Assembly: GCA_964016885.1 (NCBI GenBank)
Contig: OZ024750.1
Location: forward strand, 30,132,001-30,196,000
Length of the DNA: 64,000 nt
Reading direction: 5' to 3'
Source: Eledone cirrhosa
Lineage: Eukaryota
This document shows, piece after piece, positions 40,036-54,572 of the stretch. Position numbers and translations under genes: made by a program. The notes under the pieces are model-generated. The model did not search any database. It had not been told where the DNA came from and saw only the letters and a list, made by a program, of their open reading frames with translations. Numbering within the stretch: the stretch's first letter is position 1; each line of letters starts with the position of its first letter.

Positions 40036-41274
40036 AGGATAACAAGGTATCATTTAAAGTAATCCAGCTAGATTTATGAGTACTCTGTGTCGAGGATAGT
40101 TTTAACGTACGGCATTGTTTGACTCAACAAGAAGTTTCGTTAGTCGGGTGGCCAGTTTAAGAAAGTTGCTAGGCAGGCGGTTCTTGGAGTAATAATAGCA
40201 GAAGAATAACATGGTCGGCTGTACAATACGGTTTATTTACAGTATTAACAATTAAGCAATTGTTTAGTCAGATGATATCAGTATTCATCGACTGTAATTA
40301 AGGTCATGTGATGTAGCTCTAACGATCAGCGACTTTTAGACTCACCTAACTAAAGAAACAATTGTTAATACTGTAAATAAACCCTATTGTACAGCCAACC
40401 ATGTTATTCTTCATTCTTCTGCTATATATATAAATATATATATCAACAAACATCATGTATACATAACCAATCTCTCAGACTTTTACAAAGTGCTGAGAGA
40501 ACAAAGTTAATATAAAGAGTGGTATGCTCATGCACAGAGATACTATAAAATAGCTTATAAAATAGGGTGAAGACCCTTAAAGATGGAAAAAGAAGTTCCC
40601 AAAATAACTTTTGTTATGTTCCATACACCAGCTTGATGAGAAAGTTAATTATATTAAATTCTTCCAAAATTTTGATTATTTTCAAAATTATTTCAAAATT
40701 ATATACTAACAAAATTATATACTAACAAAATTATATACTAACAAAATTATATACTAACAAAATTATATACTAACAAAAAAGTTAAAAGTTTACGAAAAAA
40801 GTTAAAAGTTTACGAAAGCCAGTCCAATGTAAATTAGAAATAAAGGCGTGAAAACAAGATGGAAGCAAGACAAACAATACAAAACTTCAGTTTATAGTTT
40901 ATATGTAAAGTGGGTGGTGATAGAAAGGGCATCTAGCCATAGAAACCATGCCAGTCATTGTTGACATTGACTCCTCTTGAGTACTAACTTGGTCCATGAT
41001 GACTTGTCCAATAAATGCTATCATGAAAAAACAAATATTAAATGATGATGATGATGGCAAAACATTGTGAGATATGAAGTTAAAATTGTTTTAGGAAAGC
41101 CAGTACAATACAAGTTCCTAATGAGGTGAAACAGGAGGGAAGTTAGACAAAACAACAGCTTACACTTTTACTTTGAATTTCTTAATTCAGGATTAAGACC
41201 GCTGTTTTTTTCAACAGAAAAAGAAAATGGAGTGTAATAGTTGTGATGAACTAAGCTCCTTTGTACAAATATAT

Positions 41275-41645
41275 AGTGTCAGAGAGGTAACATGCGCAGA
41301 CGGGTATAGATACAGTAGCCAATCAGCTTCATGTATAAGGTCAGAGAGATGGTCAGATACACAGACGGATATAGTTACAATGATCAATCAGCTTCGTGCA
41401 TAAGGTCAGAAAGGTAGGGGCATGTCCAGACTGGTATAGTTACAACAGCCAATCAGCTTCATGTATAAGGTCAGAAAGCTAATGACATATACAACCTGAC
41501 ATAGTTACAATGATCAATCAGCTTCATGTATAAGGTCAGAGAGATAGAGACATGTCCAGACTGATATATCAGCTTCATGTATTAGATCAGAAGGATGGCA
41601 ACGTACACAAACTGACGTGGTTACAATGACCAATCAGCTTCATAC
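41275..41645. repeat. Diverged ~60-bp tandem repeat
   Basis: Recurrent CAATCAGCTTCATGTATAAGGTCAGA. Confidence 0.8.
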
Positions 41646-41661
41646 AACATGCAATTCATAC

Positions 41662-41706
41662 CTACTGTTAATAGAAGGCTTTCATCTATTGGTGAAGATT
41701 GTATCA
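41662..41706 (-). CDS. Candidate 45-nt host exon
   Basis: TATTCAG|TG ATA CAA...GTA G|GTATGA. Phase-compatible with 39172-39266. Confidence 0.25.
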
Positions 41707-42437
41707 CTGAATATTAAGTTTCCTGTGTTGTCCTCGAAACCGATAAAATATCTTATTCTGAAAATCCCTATAAAACATATTCTACTCAAACAATGAAGTC
41801 ACATAAAAAGGTACAATATATCTAGTTTGGGCCTTGTGCCAAACTTAGTAATTCTTGTTATACTAAATGGTGTGTCTATAAGAAGTTTGTTTTTTCTTTC
41901 TATATCACTGGAACCCTATATTTACTGAAATATATAGTTCTAAATTAGGTTTTAGTGATTAGTTTTATGAAGAGAAATGTCTTAAGATTGTAAAACAAAA
42001 CAAAAAAAATACAAAAATAACAAAAACAAAAAAAAAACTTGTTCCAAGAATTTATGTATAAATCAAACCACGCCAACCTGATGGTGATGATGATGGGGAG
42101 AATAATAATAGTGGTGGTGGTGGTGGTAGTAGTGGTAGAAGTAAGAAGTAAGAGAAAAAGCAGAGTGATAGAGAGAAAGAAAGGAGGCGGAGAAAGATGC
42201 AAAACAGAATAATAATAATAATAATAATAATGATTTCTTTATTGGCCACAAGGGCTGACATCAAGAACACATAATAATAATAATAATAAAACCAACAAGA
42301 AAGACAACAAAGAAGGATACAATAGATTGATTGAAAGGTCACCATTGACATTTCTGAACATATTTAATATTTTTTGTTGCTGGGTGATGTGGTTGGAGTG
42401 GAGGAGAGTTAATTACGTAGGAGAGGTCATTAAAAAT

Positions 42438-43808
42438 TGTCTAGCTGCCATTTTCTTTAGAACAGCTTAACACAGTTCAACTCTTAATATCTTGTGTACC
42501 ACACTATCTTGCTGCCATATTCTTTAGAACAGCTCAACACAGTTTAACTCAATGTTCTCTACCACACTGTCTAGCCACCATTTTCTTTAGAACAGCTCAA
42601 CATAGTTTAACTCATAATATCCTGTACCACACTGTCTTGTTATTATTTTCTTTAGAACAGCTCAAACAACTCAACATAGTTCAACTCATAATATCCTGTA
42701 CTACACTGTCTAGCCACCATTTTCTTTAGAACAGCTCAACATAGTTTAACTCATAATATCCTGTACCACACTGTCTTGTTATTATTTTCTTTAGAACAGC
42801 TCAAACAACTCAACATAGTTCAACTCATAATATCCTGTACTACACTGTCTAGCCACCATTTTCTTTAGAACAGCTCAACATAGTTTAACTCATAATATCC
42901 TGTACCACACTGTCTTGTTATTATTTTCTTTAGAACAGCTCAAACAACTCAACATAGTTCAACTCATAATATCCTGTACTACACCGTCTAGCCACCATTT
43001 TCTTTAGAACAGCTCAACATAGTTCAACTCATAATATCCTGTACCACACTGTCTTGTTATTATTTTCTTTAGAACAGCTCAAACAACTCAACATAGTTCA
43101 ACTCATAATATCCTGTACTACACTGTCTAGCCACCATTTTCTTTAGAACAGCTCAAAATAGTTCAACTCATAATATCCTGTACCACTCTGTCTTGTTATT
43201 ATTTTCTTTAGAACAGCTCAAACAACTAAACATAGTTCAACTCATAATATCCTGTACTACACTGTCTAGCCACCATTTTCTTTAGAACAGCTCAACATAG
43301 TTCAACTCATAATATCCTGTACCACACTGTCTTGTTATTATTTTCTTTAGAACAGCTCAAACAACTCAACATAGTTCAACTCATAATATCCTGTACTACA
43401 CTGTCTAGCCACCATTTTCTTTAGAACAGCTCAAAATAGTTCAACTCATAATATCCTGTACCACTCTGTCTTGTTATTATTTTCTTTAGAACAGCTCAAA
43501 CAACTAAACATAGTTCAACTCATAATATCCTGTACTACACTGTCTAGCCACCATTTTCTTTAGAACAGCTCAACATAGTTCAACTCATAATATCCTGTAC
43601 CACACTGTCTTGTTATTATTTTCTTTAGAACAGCTCAAACAACTCAACATAGTTCAACTCATAATATCCTGTACTACACTGTCTAGCCACCATTTTCTTT
43701 AGAACAGCTCAAAATAGTTCAACTCATAATATCCTGTACCACTCTGTCTTGTTACTATTTTCTTTAGAACAGCTCAACATAGTTTAACCCTTAATGTCCT
43801 GTACCACA
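42438..43808. repeat. Dimeric satellite, 139-bp higher-order unit (65+74 bp monomers)
   Basis: Alternating CTAGCCACCATTTTCTTTAGAACAGCTC and CTTGTTATTATTTTCTTTAGAACAGCTCAAACAAC monomers. Confidence 0.95.
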
Positions 43809-44369
43809 TGAAAGCACAACAGATAGATATTCTTGAAAATTACAAAACAGCAACAAACTCTTTAATGTATAAAAGGACAATTCTAATTATGTAACAATTT
43901 AGCAATCATGGACACAAGATTATTTTAAATATAATTAACTGCATCACCTTAATAATAAAAAGGGCAGTGGATTAGGAATATTGGCAGAACATCGGAAAGA
44001 CTTTACAACTCTTTACATTCTGAGTTTAAATCCTGCTGGGGTTAGCTTTGCCTTTCATCTTTACGAAGGTCGATAAAATAAAGCGGTCAATTTACCATAT
44101 TTCCTGATGCTGAAGACACTTCAACCTCGAGGACCCACCCTAATTTTGACAACCAAAAATTTGAAAAAAAATAATTGTTTCTACTTTTGGCACAAGGCCA
44201 GCAATTTACACAGTGCATTACTGGTATTTTATTTTATCGACCCCGTAAGGATGAAAGGCAAAGTTAACCTCGGTGGGATTTGAACTCAGAATGGCAAGGG
44301 CCGTAACTCTATGCATCAAAGCATGGCGTCCAACCCTCTACCGATACTGCCAATTCACCGCCTAAACAA

Positions 44370-44660
44370 CCTTTGGCCTCCAAGACGCATCGTAGATTTT
44401 TAAAGACTTATTTTAGGAAAAAAGTAGCGTCTTCACCGCTAGTAAATACAGTAATTGACTTTCCCCTCCCTCACCATCCTCTGGGGTGACGGGGCGGCCA
44501 GCATGTGCACCACATTTGCTCATAATTGTGAGAGATGGCAAGGGTGAGGGGGATAGAGGCGATGACAGTGGGAGTTTGGTTCCTCTGTGTTCAGACCTGG
44601 TGTACAAGTGTGTGTAATTTTACACTTATTTTCAGCTTTTACAGCTATTGTTATAAAAGA
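44370..44660 (+). mobile_element. Degenerate CRE-like 3' fragment
   Basis: SLTILWGDGAA. Shares CCATCCTCTGGGG and terminal TGTTATAAAAG with 32733-33050. Confidence 0.45.
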
Positions 44661-44691
44661 AAATAGTTTTGCAGAAAGTAAAATCTTTAGT

Positions 44692-45271
44692 TTAACCCTT
44701 TAACAATTAAACCAGCCATATCCAGCCAGAATTCTCTTACTTCTTTTTAATCAAACTGGCCATAACTGGCTGCTCATACTGATGTTAAGGTATTGTTCTC
44801 AAAATTAGTAACATCAAAATCTCATAGATTCAATATCATGTGAGATAATTATGTAAGATAAAGCCTTTACCACAAAATATCATCATATATATATATGGAG
44901 GCACATGGCTTAGTGGTTAGAGCATTGGCCTTGCAATCGAAAGGTTGTGAGTTCAATTCTCAGACCGGGTGATGTGTTGTTTCCTTGAGCAAGACACTTT
45001 ATTTCACATTGCTCCAGTTTACTCAGCTGTAGAAATGAGATGATAGGGACTGGGTTCCCTATCATTCCACTGCAAAGTGGTCGTGGAGGTGCCACGGCAA
45101 AAAAGCACTCAGCACTCACTGTAAATGAGGTTGGTGTTAGGAAGGGCATCCAGCTGTAGAAATCAAGCCAGAATCAGTTCCCGTCCCACCCTTGCTAGCA
45201 GGGAAAAAGCAGACGTAAAAGGAAATGATGATGATGATATATATAGAGTAATGTAAATGCTAAAAGGTTAA
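44692..45271. mobile_element. piggyBac MITE family 1 with nested SINE A (44896-45238)
   Basis: TTAA TIR ends and a full SINE A. Confidence 0.85.
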
Positions 45272-45665
45272 TACTACAATCTATCCACTAGTAAAGATAC
45301 TCTAATCATTTGAATTAACAAACCCGTTTTTAGACATTTTCTGTTAAACCATTCAAGAATGTTGAGAATTATGAGAGAAAAAAAATAACCAGAGAATTTA
45401 CCATTCATTCCACTTTTTTCTTGTCAGCAGTTTAGACATAAATCTTAATTATAAGTTTTAGCCTGGTTTCCATGTACAGCATTATATAAGAGCAGTGTGT
45501 GTATGTGTGTGTGTAAGAACACATTAGCTTGTATCTGTCACACATATATAGAAAGTGTACATAAAATGATATATGTGTGTGTATGTGTGTGTGAGTGTTT
45601 GTGTGTCTGTGTGTATGTATAAGAACACATGAGCTTGTATGTGCCACACATATATGGAAACCGGA

Positions 45666-45742
<77 letters not shown>

Positions 45743-45846
45743 ATCCTCATCATCATTTTACGTCTGCGTTTCCCTGCTTGCAAGGGTGGGACGGGTCCTA
45801 TTCAGCACAGCATCTCTCCACTATATATATATATATATATATATGA

Positions 45847-45918
<72 letters not shown>

Positions 45919-46046
45919 GTATGTATGTGTGTATGTATGTGCATATATATGTATGTATATCATATGTATATAAGCATTTTATGTCAGATTTCCATAGGTT
46001 GAATGTGGATGTGTGTTAGTGTTGTAAGTATATCCCCTGTCTGTCT

Positions 46047-46079
<33 letters not shown>

Positions 46080-46807
46080 TAGATATATGAGCACATTAAT
46101 GAGTGTGCATGTGTGTGTATATATATGTAGTAGTGGTTTAGAGTATATATAAGTGTGTATATCAGAACTAAACATATTAGTTGCGAAAGACAACGTTACT
46201 TGTATGTTTGAAAGGTGTGGGGGGGAGAGAGGGGGAGAGAGGACAAGAGGGAAAAAAGAGAGGGAAAGAGAAAGAGAGAGAGAGAAGGAAAGAGAGAGAG
46301 AGAGAGAGAGGGGTAGAGAGAAAAAGAGGGAGCGAACGAGGGAAGGGAAGAATGAGAAAGAGAAAAAACGAGAGAATAATTATGTAAGAATTCTTCAGAA
46401 CCCCAAGGTAAATCACATTTAGAAATACTTTTTTGGTTTTCTTCCATAAGAACAAAAGACATTTCTATTGTTAGATTACATTAGTTAGAATTATAAGACA
46501 TTGGTTCAGTGGTCAATGTACTGGTCTTACTAACCAATATGATAGAGGTTTAAGTCAAAGAATTGGCACTGGTCATCATTACATTAGTTAGAATTATAAG
46601 ACATTTGTTGACTGGTGAAAGAACTGGTCTTACTGGGTTTAAGTCAAAGAATTGGCAGCCATTAGTGTCAGATTAAATGCTTCATTTAACACCAATGAAA
46701 CTAAAATAAGCACAAGCCTGGTGTATCTTCAGGTTTGAAAAAGACTAAGTTAAACCACTGTAAGGGTTTCAACAGATTAATAATCTATAATTTAATCAGT
46801 CTAGAGA

Positions 46808-47252
46808 TCTTCTTCTTCTTCCACTTATTCCTGAGAGTGTTGTGGGAGCTGAGCCCTCAAACACTCCCTTCAGCAGGTCCTGTCAGAAGCAAACATCTCC
46901 AACTGATCTGGCTGGATCCCCAAGCATGACCAGCCAAGCTTATGGATGTTATTCAACTATCTTGCTCAGGGTCTATCCTTGGGTCTCCTGTTGGCTATTT
47001 TTGCCTATAAAACCTGTCCATCGATTCTTTTGTGAGACATTCTAACCACATGCCCATAGTATCGGAGCTGTGATCTCTCAATTCGGAGAAGTAGAGGCTC
47101 TACCTGGAGTGACTCTCTGATCACCAAACTACGCACTTTATTGAGTAACGTTACTCCAAAGACCCTTCGGAGGAGCCCCATTTTGGCCGCTTGTATTTGT
47201 GATCATATTCTTTCGGTCATTACCCAAGATTCATGACCACAGGTAAAGGTTG
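46808..47252 (-). mobile_element. RTE-clade LINE 3' end
   Basis: GHESWVMTERI*SQIQAAKMGLLRRVFGVTLLNKVRS..QLRYYGHVVRM..RRPKDRP, with (GAA)n tail. Confidence 0.85.
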
Positions 47253-47634
47253 ACATGGAGGTAGGCATAAAGCTAGTCTGGAGGTGTATATAAAAATATA
47301 TATAAGTTTTTGTATATTAAACATACATCGTCCATATATATAATGGTTTCTGATTTTGGCACAAGGTCAACAATTGAGGGGAAAGTTGATTAAATCGACC
47401 CTAGTGTGTTACTGGTGCTTTATTTTATTGACCCCATAAGGATGAAAGGCAAATTTATAATAAACATACATATGTGATCATGTCACAGCTACCTCAGTAT
47501 CCATGTCAGAAAACCAGACAGTAAATAGTATTTCAGGATTTTTATCCATTTTCAGTAACATTTACTTACTTTGTACTGTGAGAAGAATATACAATTTATA
47601 TAGATTTTGCCAATGAAACATCTGTTGGAAACGG

Positions 47635-47745
47635 TAGTAGTGGGAGACCCAGAAAGCTGTAGTAGTGGGAGATCCAGAAAGCTGTAGTAGTGGGAGACCC
47701 AGGAAGTCACAGTAGTGGGAGACCCAGAAAGCTGTAGTAGTGGGG
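47635..47745. repeat. 25-bp tandem repeat x4
   Basis: GTAGTAGTGGGAGACCCAGAAAGCT. Confidence 0.85.
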
Positions 47746-48552
47746 AGCAAGGAAACGTCCATTTTACAGTGTGGGCTGGGTGATTTTTTTGCCGTGGCAC
47801 CTCCACTACCACTTTGCAGTGGAATGATAGGGACCCCAGTCCCTATCATCTCATTTCTACAGCTGAGTAAACTGGAGTAATGTGAAATAAAGTGTCTTGC
47901 TCAAGGAAACAACACATCATAGATTCGATATTATGTGAGGTAAAGCCTTTACCATGAAAATATAATAGTATCTATAAAATAATTGTTTCTACTTTTGGCA
48001 CAAGGCCAGCAAATACCCAGTGTATTACTGGTACTTTATTTTATCAACCCCATAAGGATGAAAGGCAAAGTTAACCTCGGCGGGATTTGAACTCAGTATA
48101 TTTAAAATAATGTGAATGCTAAAGGGTTAAGTTAGTGGCTAGATCATAACTTAAAGGTTCTTACATAAAATTATGATGGAAAGTTTTGAAATAAATATAA
48201 ACAGTCACAGCAACATACACACATACACACAAACACACCCACATGAATGCATGCATGCACATCAAAATGCTTGCATGAATATGCATGCAAGCATTCGTGC
48301 ATGGACATGTGCATTCATGTGTGTTGGACATCTGTTGCTACTGATGACAAGTGTTGCAGTTGTATGAATGAGTGTGTGTGTGTGTGCATGCATGCGTGTG
48401 TTAGACTTCTGTTGTTATTGACAACAAATGTTGCAGCTATATGATCAATAGTACAGCCTGCTTGCGAAATTAACATGCAACTGGCTGAGTATTCCACAAA
48501 TGTGTGTACCCTTAACATGTATCTATAGCTCTAAGAAAGCTGCTATCTAACC

Positions 48553-48948
48553 AGTTGATGGGAGCAATGTGAAATAAAATGTCTTGCTCAAGGACATAAT
48601 GTATTACTGGAAATGCTATATCTAAAGATATAAGATAGCTAGCTAATATATTTGATGGGAGCAATGTGAAATAAAATGTCTTGCTCAAGGACACAATGTA
48701 TTACTGGAAATGCTATATCTAAAGATATAAGATAGCTAGCTAATATATTTGATGGGAGCAATGTGAAATAAAATGTCTTGCTCAAGGACACAATGTATTA
48801 CTGGAAATGCTATATCTAAAGATATAAGATAGCTAGCTAATATATTTGATGGGAGCAATGTGAAATAAAATGTCTTGCTCAAGGACACAATGTATTACTG
48901 GAAATGCTATATCTAAAGATATAAGATAGCTAGCTAAACCAGTTGATG
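48553..48948. repeat. 97-bp tandem repeat x4 containing a SINE A core segment
   Basis: GGAGCAATGTGAAATAAAATGTCTTGCTCAAGGA at 48561, 48658, 48755, 48852. Confidence 0.92.
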
Positions 48949-49764
48949 TAGTTCTCAAGAGATATCACTATATCACTTCTCTGTTGTTTCCTCTGTGTGA
49001 TAAGATACAGTGATGTAGGAAACCAAGTATATTCAGCTAAAAAACCCATAAGCTAACAAATCATCATCAGAGCATTACTCATCAGAAATTTCTAGAGTAA
49101 AATTTTAATGGAAGGTTTTAATATAAGGATAAACATTTTAAAATAAGCAGTTTGGTGTCACAAATCCAGGGCAGTTTCAAGCAGTTGGTATAAAAAGGTT
49201 TAATTGCTACCTCCACCAAGCCTTCATTTAACAATAGGAGAGTTTTGTTTTTAAATCCTTAGTAATAGGTGTCAGCCTGTCATTAATCCAACTTCAGTAC
49301 ATCTGTAGTAAGGTATTCAGTCATGTTAACCAGGTTAACACAAGATTTGAATGTCAATAACAGATATCTGTATGTGCGTGTATGTGCATGGTCTGGTAAC
49401 GCCTAATGGGAATCGTGGAGACGCCATATTGGCATACAGTATTTCTTGGGCATTTTAAGCCTGGCGGAGCCCATCTCTCTCCAGGCCTGAGCCCAGCAGA
49501 TTTCTTCCAGAGAGAGAGGAAAGGAGAAAGAGATATAGAGGAAGAATAGACCCAAGTACTAGACTGGTACTCTTTTTATCGACCTTGAAAGGATGAAAGG
49601 CAAAGTTGACCTCAGCAGGATTTGAACTCAGAGAGCAGAGAACTAGAACGAATACCTTAAAGATTTCTATCTGATGTTCTAACAACTCAATAACAGATAT
49701 ATAGTTACATGATATGGCGCACCTTATGAAATATTTGTTAACAAACTATCAGGTAGAAGAGGCT

Positions 49765-50110
49765 ATGAGAGGGCATAGGAACACAACAAGAGGGGAAGTG
49801 CTGTGTTGGAGAAGATCTATCAAACCCATGTAAACTCAAGGTGTTGGAGAGGACCTAGCCAAACCATGCACACTCAAGATGTTGAACCACCCATTGGAGA
49901 GGGCACAGAAACACAACAAGAGGGGAGGTGCTGTGTTGGAGAAGATCTATCAAACCCATGTAAACTCAAGGTGTTGGAGAGGACCTAGCCAAACCATGCA
50001 CACTCAAGATGTTGAACCACCCATTGGAGAGGGCACAGAAACACAACAAGAGGGGAGGTGCTGTGTTGGAGAAGATCTATCAAACCCATGCAAGCTCAAG
50101 GTGTTGAACC
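49765..50110. repeat. 130-bp tandem repeat x~2.7
   Basis: ACACAACAAG at 49781, 49911, 50041. Confidence 0.9.
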
Positions 50111-51558
50111 TCACAAGAGGAGATGACATAGGGACGTAACATGAGGTGTTGTGTTGAAGATAATAGTGATGATGGTGCTGGGAGAGATGATGAGGGTGAT
50201 GGTAGTGTTGGTGATGATGATGATGATGGTAGTGACAACAACAATGATGATGATAATGATGAAGATAGTGATGGTAGTGCTGGTGGAAATGATGATGATG
50301 GTAGTGTTGGTGATGGTGGTATTGTTGGTGATGATGATGGTGGTGGTGGTAGTGACAACAAAAATGACGACAATGATGATAGTGATGGTGGTGCTGGTGT
50401 AGATGATGATGATGGTAGTAGTGTTGGTAATGGTGATGATGATGATGATGATGATGGTAGTGACAACACTGATGATAATCATGAAGATAGTGATGGTGGT
50501 GCTGGTGGAAGCAGCAATGATGATGATGATGGAGGTGCTGTTGAAGATGGTGACGATCAAGATATCAGGTAGATTTACTGTAAAACCAAATTTCTCAAAT
50601 ATCTGCAAGCAACCCCCCACCCCCTCTACAGGTCATGACCCAATGTCTTAATTAATCTAACATCATTCCCAACATGTAATTAATGAGATAAAATTTAGAA
50701 AACTGTAAATTGATCATTTTATCAGACCATGTGGCTATTTTTGTATTTAGTGATAATAAGGTTATTGGAGGGAGGGAGAGGGCGAGGGGGGAAGGACATC
50801 TTAATTATAATGTCAAAGCTAATTAGATAACGAGACAAAAAGACAATTAATTGATATGTAATAGGCCATAGATTCTTGATTCTGTCAGGTTTGCTAATAG
50901 TTGGGTTAAAATACTGCAACTTCTGTTAGTGCCTTGTCTTGTAGTCCTCTGCTAATTAGAGTGGCAGATGTCCCTTCAAGAACCCTATTAGACATCCCAT
51001 CCATATCCAGCATCTTCAACTTGCTGGTTAGGTCAGGTCATGAGAGGCAACAAACCTGCTACAAAATGTTTACTATGGGAGTATTTGCATTACTCTATAT
51101 ATACTATTGTATTTTTGTGGTAACCGCTTTATCTCACATAATTATCTCCCATAATATTGTTTCTTCTTTTGGCACAAGGCCAGCAATTATCCCAGTGCAT
51201 TACTGGTGCTTTATTTTATCAACCCCGTAAAGATGAAAAGCAAAGTTAACCTCGGCGGGATTTGAACACAGAACGTAAAGGGCCGTAACAGCATGCTGAT
51301 GATACATCTATTTCCCATCTATTCTAACAGCATGATGATGATACATCTATTTCCCAGTATGACCTACACCTACATGTTACAACAAATGTACAACAACAGT
51401 TATAATATAAATAGATGGATTACATTTCTAATCTATCACAAATCATTCAGTAAAAGCACTAATAGTCAAGGGGTGGGGAAAATATGCAGAAGAATCTAAA
51501 AATAAGCTACCCCCGCTCTCCTGGTCATTATCTCACTCAGAGCTGCCTGTGTTTAAAC

Positions 51559-51911
51559 CAGAAGTTCTCAAACTTTTGGGGCGACTGACCCCCCCCCCCT
51601 TACAACCACGTAATACCCTGTGCGCCCCACTCCTATTTCCAGAGAGACCTGCCTACACGCGAATTGTAAATAATATATAATACATAAAATCGTTAATTTA
51701 TATATATAAGAAATAATATAATATACATTATATATAAATAAATATATATTTTTTATTTTACTATATTTATATATATAATATGTATCATTTGATATTTAAT
51801 ATACTATTATATCATCTCTACCACACCCTTAGGCCCCAGTGCCACCCAGAACCTTCTCAATGCCCCCCCTCCCCCAGAGAGGAGAGGTTGTGCCCATTGT
51901 GAGAACCTCTG
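51559..51911. mobile_element. hAT-type MITE
   Basis: TIR CAGAAGTTCTC/GAGAACCTCTG, 8-bp TSD GTTTAAAC/GTTTAAAA. Confidence 0.75.
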
Positions 51912-51969
51912 GTTTAAAAACTGTATCAGTTACACAATAAGATTAACAAACAGAGGATTTATTGACTGT

Positions 51970-52315
51970 TATCATCATCATCATCATCATCATTTTACGT
52001 CCACTTTTCCCTGCTTGCAAGCGTGGGACGGCAACTGATTCTGGCTTGATTTCTACAGCTGGATGCCCTTCCTAACACCAACCTCTTTTACAGTGAGTGC
52101 TGGGTGCTTTTTTGCCACGGCACCTCCACAACCACTTTACAGTGGAATGATAGGGACCCCAGTCCCTATCATCTCCTTTCTACAGCTGAGTAAACTGGAG
52201 CAATGTGAAATAAAGTGTCTTGCTCAAGGAAACAACATATCACCCGGTCTGAGAATTGAACTCACAACCTTTCGATTGCAAGGCCAATGCTCTAACCACT
52301 AAGCCATGTGCCTCC
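51970..52315 (-). mobile_element. SINE family A, full length
   Basis: Same structure as the other copies. Confidence 0.88.
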
Positions 52316-53515
52316 ATCAAGTTGTATATTCCTTAAACTATATTTTATCAACAGCAACAGGTGATATGGAATCACCTTAAGGGGACTTTCTAGAAACTGC
52401 TTCATTCATAGCAAATTTCTATGGCTAGATGTCCCTTTGGTGCTACATGTTACGATTAAAATATATATACTAATATGTGGTAAATTTCTACAGCCAGATG
52501 TCCTTCAGGTGATGAGACTAAAATATACAGCCAGATGTCCTTTGATACAGTGCCACTGAACACAGAACTACAAGTAATGAGATACTTGTCTAAGGCATTA
52601 CACAGTGGCACTAAACACAGAACTACAATTAACAAGATACTTGCATAAGGTCCTAAGGTATTACACAGCGGCACTGGACACCGAACTACAAGTTTTAGAT
52701 GAAAAGTTATAAATCACATGGTATTAATTCTTGCAATGGAGAGAGAGAGAGAGAGAGAGAGAGATTTTAAAAGTGTCTTTAAAATACTACTAAGGTTGGA
52801 GGATCTCCCAATCAGAAATAAAACCTTCCAATTCATGGAGGCTACAAAATGATTGAATGACAAAAACATTTGAGTCTTCTTTATCTGCCCTCTTTCCATT
52901 TTTCTCTCTCTTTATGTGTGTGTGTGTGTAAATATATATATATATAAATACATACACACAAACGCACACACATCATCATCATCATCATCATTGTTTAATG
53001 TCCGTGTTCCACGCTTGCATGGGTTTGGACGGGAGTTTTCCCACTTGAGGCAAGAGTGATTGTCTTGCTCGCATAGGATTGTCTGGTGGGTTTTCTACAG
53101 CAGGATAAATACAGAGTTGCAAAAACACTTAAAGTCCTAAGGTGTATCAGATACCTTTCTCAAGCTGTCACTGATTACTAAGCTTTACATTAACTTGATT
53201 AAATAGATAAAAATAAGTATAGTGTTATGCCCTTAGTTGCCCTTGTCTGGTTGAAAAAAACCCCCTAAATGTTATTGTCCTAATTTACCTGAGGGAGGGC
53301 CAGGTAAGAAAAAAAGAGGGAAAATATCTTTGTGGTGAAGAAGGAAATATTTTGATGTGTGACTCTGTTGGGGTGCTGTGAGAGTGAATTTACTCATGCA
53401 AATATAGAGCAGTAGGAATCTATTTGTATACACACACACAGAGACAGTGACACACATATACACAGACAGTGACACACACATACACACATATACACAGACA
53501 GTGACACAAGCACAC

Positions 53516-53558
<43 letters not shown>

Positions 53559-54572
53559 GATACAGACAGTCACACACACACACACATATATACACAGACA
53601 CTGACACAGGCACATATATATTTATATATATACATAGATACACAGTCACACACAGACACACATATACACACACATAGGCACATATATATTTATATATATA
53701 TACATAGATACACAGTCACACACAGACACACATATACACTGACACAGGCACATATATATATATATATATATATATATACACGGATACAGACATTCACACA
53801 CACATACACATATACACACACATATACACTGACACAGGCACATATATATATATATACATACACTGATACAGACATTCACACACACACATCTACATATCAG
53901 CATTTATATAGTATGTTTGTATCTTTATGTCTATGTCTATGTATATATATATATATATATATAATAATAATTGTTTCTACTTTTGGCACAAGGCCAGCAA
54001 TTATCCAGTACATTACTGGTACTTTATTTTATGGACCCCGTAAGGATGAAAGGCAAAGTTAACCTCGGCAGGATTTGAACTCAGAATGGCCCTATATATA
54101 TAATAATAATAATAGTTTCTTATATAGGCACAAGGCCAGCAATTTTGGGGGAGGGAGAAAGTCGATTAAATCGATCTCAGTGCATGACTGGTACTTTATT
54201 TTATCAACCCCGTAAGGATGAAAGGCAAAGTTAACCTTGGCGGGATTTGAACTCAGAATGGCAAGGGCCGTAACTCTTTGCGTCAAAGCATGGCGTCCGA
54301 CCCTCTACCGATACTGCCAATCCACAATAATAATAATAAATACAAAGACCAAAATCCAAAGAGGGCTCAAAGATCCTGTATAGGGTGAAAGCAGAAATTC
54401 TTTGCTTAAACTTCAACCTCTACTAATAATATTAAGGATAAAAGAATAAATATCCCATAATTCCTTGTGGAGTCGTAGAGGCACTGTCATACAGCATGTC
54501 TAGGGCACTTTTAAACCTGGAAGAGCCCAACCCTCTCCAGGTCTGAACACAGTCGATTATTTCTATAGAGGA

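Noticed and set aside
44896-44970. tRNA gene
   Set aside because: Anticodon and acceptor stems do not pair properly, and the sequence is the head of multi-copy SINE A
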